Assembly: GCA_002633005.1 (NCBI GenBank) | Contig: NMRA01000049.1 | Coordinates: forward strand, 778,321-842,320 | Reading direction: 5' to 3' | From: Phoronis australis | Lineage: Eukaryota > Animalia > Phoronida | DNA length: 64,000 nucleotides | Part shown: piece by piece, positions 24,384 to 34,700 of the stretch | Numbering within the stretch: position 1 is the first letter of the stretch | Layout of the letters: every line of letters begins with the position of its first letter | Position numbers and translations under genes: made by a program | Notes under the pieces: generated by a model | The model's input: the letters and a program-made list of their open reading frames with translations, nothing else | Told to the model about the DNA's origin: nothing | Databases searched by the model: none

Positions 24384-27300
24384 GGAGGTACACTTTTCAC
24401 ATCTCTTACAACAGTATACGCATTATTGATTCGTATCTACTGCCAATCAGATGACGTGGTTGTAGGAGCACTTTTCTCAGGAAGACACAATCCTTGTGTC
24501 GAAAATATAGTTGGCTATTTTGTGAATACGCTTCCTCTTCGAATTCAGTTTAATCAGAAGGCAACTTTCAGGTCCTGTTTGACGGATGTAAAGAACTTAA
24601 TGCTCGAGGTTCTTGATAATCAGGACGTGCCGTTTCAGAAAATTCTCGAGTCCTTGAACGTGCCACGTGACACGTCAAATCACCCTATTATTCAAGTTGC
24701 TACTGTGTTTCAAGAAAGTATCACAAGCAGAGCCTTGGCCGACGGACTTTCAGTGAAAGCACAAGCTTTTGAGCAGTTCACAGCAAAATTTGACTTGAAT
24801 TTAGAATTTGTAAGACATCAAAACGGGAAACTAAGTGGAGAATTTATCTTTAACACCGACATTTTCAACCGTTGTACTATACAACGAATGAGTCAACATT
24901 TGTTGTATTTGCTTAACATGTTGACAAAAAACCGAGACTCTCCATTGGCTAGCCTTGACATGCTTCCGCCGAGTCAAACTGATCTCATCAGGTCATTCAA
25001 TACATCTGGGGAATGCTGTAGACTCCACATACATCAACAGTTTGAGAAGCAAGTAGAATTGGTACCAGACAACATTGCGGTAGAGCAAATAGATCGACAC
25101 ATAACGTACAGAAGACTTAACGCCGCTTGCAACAACTTGGCGCGGAAGCTGCGCGCTGCTGGTGTTGTGCCTGATACCGTTGTTGGTCTGATAGGAGAGA
25201 GAAATTTGGAGTGCGTCGCTTCCGAGATGGCAATTTTGAAGGCTGGTGGAGCAATACTATTAATTGAAGCATCAGCTCCTCGAAATCGCATCGAATTGAT
25301 GTTGGGTGAAACCGATTGTAAAGTGGTTGTAACCACAAAAGGAATAAAACTAACTGGACTTCTTGATACATTCCGAGGAGAAATAATCTTGGTTGACGTA
25401 GAAAAGTATACTACACGTTGTAACGTTGACACCATCGAAGAAAATGACCATCAAAATTTGGAAAACGTTGTAAATTCGAGTCACCTGGCGTACATAGTCT
25501 TCACTTCAGGAACGACTGGTAAACCAAAAGGAGTCATGATTAACCATTGGGGATGCCAATGTTTAATCCCTCGGCTATGTGAAGCCTATTCCATTACACA
25601 TGGCACAAGAATGACGCATTTCTTTAACATAATGTTTGACGGTGCGTATCAGGAAGTATTCATGGCTTTGACAAGTGGGGCAACCCTGGTGCAACGAGAA
25701 GAAAATTTCTTAAATACTTTAAAACATGTTGATGTTTCGTTGACGTCCCCCTCAATTCTTTCGTCTTTGGACCCTGAAGACTTTCCCAATCTGAAGAAGG
25801 TAATAGTGGGTGCTGAAATTCTTCCACAGTCTACGGTGGCTAAATGGAAAGACCACGTGGAGCTTTATAACGAATATGGCCCATCGGAAGTAACTATTAT
25901 GTGTACCCTTGGGTTAACAAATTTTAACGAAAAGGTGACAATTGGCAAACCAATTACTAATTGTACAGTGCATATTTTAGATGGCAATCTAAAGCGTGTT
26001 CCCATTGGAGTCAAAGGGACATTGTACATTGGGGGAAACGGAATTGCAAGGGGTTATCTCAAACGACCAGACCTAACTAACAAGAAATTCGTCGACAACC
26101 CTTTCTGCATAGGAAAACTTTACAATTCGGATGACGTAGGGTATTGGACTGCAGATGGCCAGATCGTCCTTACAGGTCGAAGAGATAGACAAATCAAATT
26201 ACGAGGCTTTCGAATAGAGCTTGATGAGGTTGATCATGCTATGCGAAGTGAGAAGGGAATTTCAAATTCTGCTTGTGTCGTAAAAAATGACATGCTTGTG
26301 GGGTACGTGACACCGGACATTGGCAGTTTGGGAGTACGTGAACTACAGAAGAATCTTCAAGACAAGCTTCCCCACTACATGGTACCGTCAGTGATTGTTG
26401 CTCTATCGAAATTCCCCATGTCAGTTTCAGAGAAAATCGACTACCAACGCTTGCCTGAACCTTCTATCATCGAGTCTGAAATACTCACGGCGAAAGAAGA
26501 AATTCTCCGTAGAATATGGAGCGACGTTCTGCAAATTGAGTTATCTAGGATCAAGACTTTTGACTCATTCTTTTACTTAGGCGGCGATTCCATCTCGGCA
26601 ATGAGGCTACTCTTCCTTGGAAGAAAGTGTGGTTTACGCTTTACAGTTCAACAAATCTTTCAATCCAGAAGTCTTTCTGACCTAGCACACGTTGCAAAAT
26701 ATGCTCACAAAATGAAAGCCGGTAAGAAATGTGAACATGAGGAGGTTTCGTGACATTTTCCATTGACCCGCATCCAAGAATGGTCTTTCGACTTAAACCT
26801 TCGCAATTGCAACTGTTTTAATCAATCACTGCTTATGAAGTTATTGTTGACCTTCAAAATGCTACCAATGCACTCGCGTCATGATATCTTGCGTGCTGTA
26901 TTCTCGTTTAAACCGGGTGAACGTGCGGCGCAAGAAATAATGTCTGTAAATGATGCGCCAATGCCGAAACTGATTCGCAAGATAGAATTACTGAAGACAA
27001 ACTGGAAGCAGAGATGATCGAACAAATATAGCTAGACAAAGAAACAACCAGCAAATTACGCAGTCTCAGAAGGACACGTGGACACGACGTTACTTCGATT
27101 AATGATATTCTTCTGACATCACTCATGATAGCGTATAATGAATGTACGGGAGAATCAGTAATAACCATTGAGCAGGAATGGCATGGGAGAGAGTCTTGGA
27201 CTGACAGGCTTGATGTGTCTCGTACTGTCGGCTGGTTCACCGCCATGTATCGCGTAACGTTGTCCTCACACAATCACACAAACGGAGTACTGGATCACCT

Positions 27301-27485
27301 TGAAGAAACAAAGCGACGTCTTCGAAATATTCCTGATCACGGTAGGCTATATGCAGTAATGAAATATCTAAAGAAAGACAATTATCCAAGGTTTCACCAA
27401 AAAATTGACATTACATTCAACTACCACGGAAGTTCAACGATGAATAGACATAATAGTCTGTGGGTAGTATGCGATATCAAAAAAC
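24384..27485 (+). pseudogene. NRPS 3' continuation: rest of C3, A3, T3 and a broken second epimerase domain
   Basis: Same frame continues past TGA 24381 (CSLE*GGTLFTSLTTVYALLIRIY). A3: FTSGTTGKPKG, NEYGPSE. T3: FFYLGGDSISA (Ser 26589). Second in-frame TGA at 26751 (EEVS*HFPLTRIQEW). E2 lacks the HHxxxD segment, is frameshifted near 27000 and has TAG at 27029, but keeps EWHGRE, SRTVGWF and FNYHG. Confidence 0.9.
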
Positions 27486-27489
27486 GGAT

Positions 27490-27872
27490 TTGTTACAGTC
27501 GGAGAATTACAGTAGGATTAAATGTTCTTGGTATTATTGTAACTAATATTATTATCTCCATGATAGCAAGTAGCAGCATATATTAATAAAAACAACCACG
27601 GTTTTAAATCGACTTGACACGTTTCCGTGTCATTTATTCAAACACCATCATCAGAAGAGACAATATAGTGGCCACCTAGCTTGGCCCAGCAACAAGCAAT
27701 GAAGCACAGATACAGTCAGTTACAGGGAGTGACAATAGACCAACAATGACAACCTGTGGTGTGCCAGTTGCCTATTGAGATTGGGCTTGCACCAACTGAT
27801 GTTTAGAGCCTCACGAATTTTACGCTTCTTTGTTGTTTCTGCCTGTTCTATTATTGCAACGTCATTGAAAGA
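27490..27872 (-). mobile_element. Penelope-like retroelement 3' fragment (GIY-YIG endonuclease tail plus pLTR) inserted in the NRPS
   Basis: Minus-strand frame 27869-27720 reads FNDVAIIEQAETTKKRKIREALNISWCKPNLNRQL..., the typical PLE endonuclease C-terminus (EAxxIxxxKPxLNR). A hammerhead core follows. Left boundary approximate. Confidence 0.75.
27613..27657 (-). ncRNA. Minimal type-I hammerhead ribozyme motif (PLE-type)
   Basis: CTT-CTGATGA-TG-GTGTT-loop-GACAC-G-GAAA-CGTG-TC-AAG: conserved cores, stem II GTGTT/GACAC, stem I CTT/AAG, cleavage triplet GUC. One mismatch at the base of stem II. Confidence 0.65.
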
Positions 27873-28124
27873 GTACTGCTGCTAACGATGCCACCTTCAA
27901 CGATTTATCATGGACATGTCACATTCGCACGAGCCACCGACTTACTAAAAGATGGCCCATTGGCGGAAACGCTTGTTGAGATACAAGAGCAAGGGCGCGA
28001 CTATGGTACTCCACAATTGTGTTCTAAAACCGTGCGAGTTGTTCACGTTGACGACGACCATTACACAATGACCAGAGATGAAAGACAGATTATAGCGAAG
28101 GCTATTGCTGGAGCATCAAAGTAA
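27873..28124 (+). pseudogene. C-terminal remnant of the NRPS thioesterase domain
   Basis: PSTIYHGHVTFARA...DYG..LCSKTVRVVHVDDDHYTM..IIAKAI resembles the TE C-terminus (YxGxxTLFRA...GW...VxxVPGDHYTM, catalytic His). The GxSxG half is missing. Confidence 0.75.
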
Positions 28125-28175
28125 ATATATGCATATATACTGTATGTTTTGCATTTGCGGTAGTGAGTCAAAGAC

Positions 28176-28181
28176 AATAAA
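28176..28181 (+). promoter_or_regulatory. Candidate polyadenylation signal of the NRPS gene
   Basis: AATAAA about 50 nt after the TE stop codon (28124). Confidence 0.4.
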
Positions 28182-28344
28182 CTATAATATTGTAGTTAAT
28201 AGGTAATAGTCATGCGGTCGTCACTTTCAAACAATAGTGACAGTAGTTGTTTTCAGTAACTAAATGTATTGGAAATATAATGTACAAAGACGAAAACAGG
28301 ATGTCTGAAAAATACTTAACTGGGAGACAAAACGTAAAGGTAGT

Positions 28345-28875
28345 GATACATAAGCGGTGGCGAGTCATAATAGGTGGTGATTAGCCATGTGCTTAGTTTT
28401 ATAGAAGTGGTGATAATCCATGTATTTTGCTACATAAAAGTGGTGATGAGCAGTATTTAACTATATAAAAGGTGAGGCATATGACCGAGCCATATATTTA
28501 CCTATTCGTAAGTAGCGATGGGCCACATATTTAGCTATACAACAGTAGCGATGAGCCATATATTTAGTTATATATCAGTAGCGAGGCACATATTTGGCTA
28601 CATATAAGTGGTGATGAGGCATATATTTGGCTATACGTATAAGTGGTGATGAGCCATATATTTAGTTATATATCAGTAGCGAGCCACATATTTGGCTACA
28701 TATAAGTGGTGATGAGGCATATATTTGGTTATACGTATACGTGGTGGTGAGCCATATATTTAATTACATATCAGTAGCAAGTCACATATTTGGCAACATA
28801 TAAGTGGTGATGAGGCATATATTTGACTATACGTATACGTGGTGATGGGCAATAGTTACATACATAAGTGGTTAG
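28345..28875. repeat. Minisatellite of ~31-35-bp monomers with a 98-bp higher-order repeat
   Basis: Monomer ~gagcatatatttggctacatataagtggtgat. A three-monomer unit recurs at 28552, 28650 and 28748. Degenerate monomers resume at ~29150-29370. Confidence 0.9.
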
Positions 28876-29195
28876 GTTCTTAGGTGAACAAAGAAGTTGC
28901 AACACCTGAAGAAGACCGGAGATTGAAATGACCACCGGATCGTAATGCCAATATACAGGTTGGAGTAGGCCTATGTAGACCAAGACATTTTAGGAATGGT
29001 GTTACTGTATCACAACCTCAAAACGTTTTCAGGAAGTCAAAATTAGTTTGTGCCAACTAGTATTGTTACTGTTCACTTATTGACAGAGATATTTGAAATC
29101 AAACGTAGGAGGTTTTGGGGATTAACTGGTGAAGAGTCATATACATGAATAAGTACGGATATGGTGGCGATAATATAATAGTGGTAAGGAGTCCC

Positions 29196-29287
29196 AGACA
29201 GACAAACAGATAGACAGACAGACTGACAGATAGACAGACAAACAGACAGCGAGACAGACAGACAGACAGACAGACAAACACACACAC
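29196..29287. repeat. (GACA)n microsatellite
   Basis: agacagacaaacagatagacagac... run. Confidence 0.9.
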
Positions 29288-31044
29288 CCAAAGACATATA
29301 AGTGGTCATGGGTTGCACAGATGCAATAGTGAGTCATATTTGGTGATGAGTCGCATATAAGTTGTGGGGATTATTTAGTTACGAGTCTCAGCGATGAAGT
29401 CTTTAGCAAAGGAGGTTCGTTTTGGCAAATGGCAAAGCTAATCGACTGAGGTACGTGCGGCATACCTTTTAGTTAGTCATTGGTTGTGGAGGAAATAAAT
29501 ATATTTGTAAGGGTGGATCAACGCGTTTTATTACAGCCTTTAATTTGAAAAATCGCTATAGCTTTTAATGTTTAGGAGCACTGAGTACAAAGTAAAAATA
29601 CCAGATGAACCTACCACCTTGGCAAGTCCGTCAAAATACAGAAAATGAGAGCTAAATGCAACGATTGAGTTGTATAATTATACATATGGTTACAAAAACC
29701 AATAGCGAAAAACTGCATCTGCCCTGAAACGATTCATGTAATTTGAGACACCACTTCATCCCATACCCGTTGAATAAGTTGAGTGCAATACGGCCACTCC
29801 CGGGAATACTTTAAAAATTCCCCGTGACATGGAAAATTCAAAAGGTAGGTCAGCGTCGATTCGACATAGTTAGCCAGTTCAATCGTCAAACTTCCCCAAA
29901 ATAGTATAAAGCAATGAATTTGCAGCAGTATAAATAACACTCAGCATGCAGTCAAGTTTTATTTGCTCGGCACCGATTCCTCGATAACTACAATTTTTTA
30001 AAAATGTTGTTATTTAATTATTTTCAGGAAATGTCACAAGTTCAATGCACAATAACCGTTGTTTTCATCTTTGTTATCTCTTTTCAAGTAATAAATGGTG
30101 GCATTTAAAACTGTTTCTTTTACAGAAACTAGAGAACTTGTAACGTAACATGCAGGTATATACATATCGGCTACTGAACAGTCTGGCTGAAGTATTTAAA
30201 ATCTGCCGAAAAATGATAGAAAACTAAGAATTCGAAGCGCATGGGATAAGTACAAAACGAACTTCGACTCGGTCGATACACGGAATAATGTCTCGCGGGA
30301 TATTACTTCATGTAAGCCACTCTCGTTACGTTTTGTGTATGCATTCGCATCCGTATCAGAAGTACTTTCTTGTTTTTGATACGGTCCCCTATTTAGTATT
30401 TACATATTCAAGCAGGATAAGCAAAGCACATCGCGAGTAGACACGCAACAAGTCTGTAAATATGTATTAACATGTAAAGACAATTCGAATCACACAGCCA
30501 AGTCTTGGGATAGAACGAACTCATAAATACGTCACAAATGAGCTATAGTATACGTAAATTTAGGCCTATGCTCCTATATCCGAAATAATGCGTTTTTCCA
30601 AAGAAAACATCCTACTTGCGTGCTTCACATATAAGCGCGTGCGCCTAAGTTTGACTTGCAAGCGCAGACTGCTCACGCAGCTGGGAGTCGTACGTCTATT
30701 CACTATCCATTGTAAAACACTGTCCATTCTAAAACCTTTTATTTACTATAATCGTTAGGTCTAATACGTCAGCGTCTACCATTTGGTAACGTACAAGTCG
30801 CGTTTGACTGCTTAATTTTCTAAAACACTTCACCTTGGTTTAGCTCTAGTGCTTAACATATAGGCGCGTGCGCCCCATTGCGAGTACAGACGCAGCCTCA
30901 CGTATAGACGTACGGACCTAGATAAGGTAAAATACATTTTAAAACATTTCCAAGTTCAAAAAAGCGTGCACCAGGGAGAACACAACCCAAGGACCTACCA
31001 TAAGATCATCAGATACCCCTCGTCGTTCTTCTAAGAATACTGTA

Positions 31045-31088
31045 ACATCTGAAGATGGCCGGAGAAGTTACCGACCGAAACGTTGTGC
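31045..31088 (+). ncRNA. Hammerhead-like motif of a Penelope-type pLTR relic
   Basis: CAT-CTGAAGA-TGGCCGG-agaagtta-CCGACC-GAAA-CGTT-GTG, with one mismatch in stem II. A more decayed relative lies at ~28905-28945. Confidence 0.5.
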
Positions 31089-31450
31089 CAATGTAAATAG
31101 GGCAGAAGATGGCGGTGTAAAGCACCAAAGAGTTTAGAAATGATAAGCTTACAGGTGAAACGCTCGGGTGAAATCAAGACATTTCTAAACTAATATTTAA
31201 ATTGAGAAAAAATTGAGTTATCCATTACAAAATAGTAGACATTGACGTGTATTCAATTAACAGTAGCTATTAAATGAAAAGTAGACAAAAAGCATAACGG
31301 GCAATGAATACTAGACCTACACACATAAACACAATGCTATTGACAGCCCAACGTCTATCAGTAAAGCTAAATGAAACAAACGCAAATTCGGTAACCAGAA
31401 CGTCCTTCCTAGAATATAAATGCGTGTAGTCAAATTCCAAGTGCCAGAAA

Positions 31451-31767
31451 TCAAACCGGCATGCTGTGATGTTCTGTATTATCAGAAACAGAGTCGGTGC
31501 TGAGAAAAACATGATTGGATTTTACTCCAAAGTGACCGGATCGTTGGCCAGTCCACAGAACAAACTCATACGTTGTGTTCGGCTTCAGGCCAAACACACG
31601 ATGTTCTGGGCGACAGAAGAGGACCTTCATTCGCCATGTTTTCCTGCCTGATGCTTCCCTGAACAACAGGTGGTGAGTCACGTGATCGTTTGGCTCGGCT
31701 GTGGACGTGCTGTATATGTGTATGGCTGTGGTAAATGTCCGACAATGGTCTTCACTTATTTCCGGTT
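31451..31767 (-). CDS. TRIM exon 7 (second FN3, terminal exon)
   Basis: ttttcag|PEISEDHCR...HRVFGLKPNTTYEFVLW...SNHVFLSTD...stop at 31451. Confidence 0.8.
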
Positions 31768-34700
31768 CTGAAAAGAGGTAGGAACCATTAAAGCAAAACT
31801 CATTACGCTTCGCTTTAAACCCTCATTCAAAGAAGCTAACTTTTAATTCACTTGAATTAAATTTTGACCTTGAGAGAAATGAGCCCATGGATCGCTTTTC
31901 ACGGGGTGTAATTTTAACGTGGACCCGTGAAAAACGCCCGGGCTGCTGATGAAAGCTTGTCAGCAGTTGAAAATCTGTCAAAGGGGCATTTTTGACGGTC
32001 GTATAACTACAAAAGCAAAGTATTGGCATGCAATTTGACGTCAAAGGGAAGGTGCTCCCAGCGTCACGTCTTCGGAGGTGCGAGAAATAAAATTGTGAGA
32101 GGTGAAAACTGATCGCCACCGGAGGGTGAGGGGACAATTAGCGGGCAGTTGACGAGATCTGGAGACAACCACGCGAGAGGTGGAGCCCAAAAGTGAGCGT
32201 TTGCACCCTGGCTGCTTGCCCACGGCCGGTGATTAGATGTATGGTCAGGCAATTGGCCGGGCTCCACAACTGACGTCAGTCAGCTGTATATCAGACACCT
32301 GTATAATGGTAAAATGATCAATGTGCAGAGGCGGCAACTCCCCGATCACCTAATAAAAAATCTTGAATTCTTTATCACAAATATTTTTGAAATACAACTA
32401 GAAACCTCTCAGAAATGCTTAAAATGCATCACAGAGCATCTGAATTACAGTAGCTTCGAGCCAACTGTAAGTCACTCGCATTCGTGTCTTCGGTCCATAA
32501 CTTACATGTACTCATACTTAGGGATCTAGGAGGGAGAACCTCTCTCTTTCACATGTTTAAATGCGGAGTCTCTAGATGCGGTATTTCCGCCATCTGCCCA
32601 TCGACTTAGAATGAGTGTTGTGTTATCTTTCGTAAATTACAATCTCCGTGATTGAAATGAACTGCAGGGAGTGTTTGTTTTTAAAACTGTAAAGTAATAG
32701 TGGTGTTGAGTTTGAATTAGGATTCTCGCCGTCCATACATGGCTGTTGAAACATAGGGAATGCTGCAGGCGATTAGTACAACACGGTCTGAAAATGATTT
32801 TACAAATTCCGAAACTTCACAGATTGCGCCCATGGTGGCTAGAATGGTATCACCCTTTCTCCAAGCGAATTTAAGTGTGCTACTTTTTGCGCCAGGGAGC
32901 TAGCAAACTGGCCAATGTCCTTTAATAACAGGAGTGATGAGTGAAGTAAAAAGTGGTCGTTGTCAACGCCATACACCAGTGATATGTTGGATCTGGGACG
33001 CACTTCGCAAATCAGGCCTATACTGAGGAGGGGGGGGGGCAACAACGCAAGTACACTATCTTTCCGAAACTTGACCTGACCTGACCTGACCTCGTCAACG
33101 TCGCTACATAGAAACTTTCAACGATACATACATGATCGGATTATCATGGAATATTAGATTTTGATTCACTTAGTGGATATTTATGCTTGAATAGCTCCAG
33201 TGACAGCTGATGCTACAGTAAAGAATAGTTTATGTTGCTTGTGAATAACTGATTGTGCAGGAGTGTCAGCACAAATATTTTGACACACAATGCAATAAAG
33301 TCCCATTGTGATCGTCGAAACATTGCCATTTGAACTGCACAACTTTATTTGGATCTTCACCTCATTGAAATTAGAAGTGACTATCGAACTTCAGAGGAAG
33401 GAAGACTGAACGTAATTAAGTCGTAAGTGACATTCTTAGGACTGCGCAAAATCACCATCTATTACTTTACACGAAACTTCAACTGAATAAAAATCCTCTT
33501 CCACAGCCTAAAATATAGGGGGCTCGAATTTTTCAGTATGTGGACCTTTTACTGACAAAAACGGGGGCTAAAAACGAAAAAAAAAACGGAGTACTAAGTT
33601 CAAATTGGAACCTATTTCCTATAGACTTTTGTCTCGCTTTCTCGGACTTTTGGTTTCTCTGCGGGGGACCTGTTTGCCCACTTCGCAAAATGGGTGACTC
33701 ATTCGAGCCCCCTCAAATAGGCCCCCTTGGGTGCGCGCATGCACAGTGTCTGCTGTACAGTACTGCTGGTAGCAACGGGAAAAGTCCACTGAATGAAGAT
33801 ACTGTCAATGGCAATATGGCAGGAATTACCCTAGTTCCGTGACCAAACACTAGGGAGAGTTACTAGTTGATACATTGAGATTCAAAGACAGCAAAAACCA
33901 TGTTTCACTACTGAAGACTCACGGCTTATGTTCAGAGCTCCAGGCGTCATAGTACGTATCTCAATCATAGAGGACTGTTCCCCTACCCCGGCTGCATTCC
34001 AAGCACTTAACAAACAGTGACCAATGCTGTCTAAGCGGAGATTGTCCAGCATTATGACACATCCCGCGTCATCTGGGCTCCTTGCGTCTCTCCTGAACTG
34101 ACTAGAAGGTGTCGTCACAATTATCTCCTGAAAACAGATACACAATAAATACACTGTACACCGCATGGCCAATGATAGCCAATCTTTCCTTTACATAATT
34201 CTAAGTACTTGCTTGCTATAATGTGTCGGAAGTACTGCAGGAAGGCAAAAGTAACATCCAACAGGGCTCCCGAGGGCTCGACTGTCGGAAAAAGTGTTGG
34301 GCTCTTTCGGAACAGTCGCAGCCCACAGATCGGTCACGGATCACTTTATCAACAAAAGGAGAAGTCGTACAACACCTTCCTTGACAATCGGTTAACTTAC
34401 AACGATACCAAACCGTCTTTGGCCTATTAACAGACATCAAAAACGACTTTCCCATTCAGGTCTCTGAAACAAAGTAACACCCTACCTCGGCAACTCTCAA
34501 ATGTTTGAAACAGTCTGCTAAACGGACAAGTGTGACCTATGCTTTTAGCGAGTTACAGGACTGTTAGGGAAAGATCACTCACCAAAAACGTACTAGTTAA
34601 CCTTTGATATAGACAGTACATGTATGTGTGTTTGGTTGAATCCTTGTTTCATCACTGAAGTGAGACGACAATCGAGCATAAGCAGGTGACTGAACGAGGA

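Noticed and set aside
24381-26753. The two in-frame TGAs as selenocysteine or programmed readthrough
   Set aside because: They fall at non-Cys positions (the second matches a Gly in the E-domain start), lack the TGA-CTA context, and are accompanied by a TAG, a frameshift and deletions. Nonsense mutation is simpler.
16512-28124. NRPS as bacterial or fungal contamination
   Set aside because: It is contiguous with spliced animal genes, its base composition looks like the flanks, it contains a Penelope-like insertion, and it has no operon neighbours. Read-level confirmation is still needed.
28345-28875. CRISPR-like array
   Set aside because: No unique spacers, no cas genes and a eukaryotic context; it is a tandem minisatellite.
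32839-33045. Extra TRIM exon
   Set aside because: Exons 6 and 7 already join in phase and this ORF has no FN3 or SPRY character.
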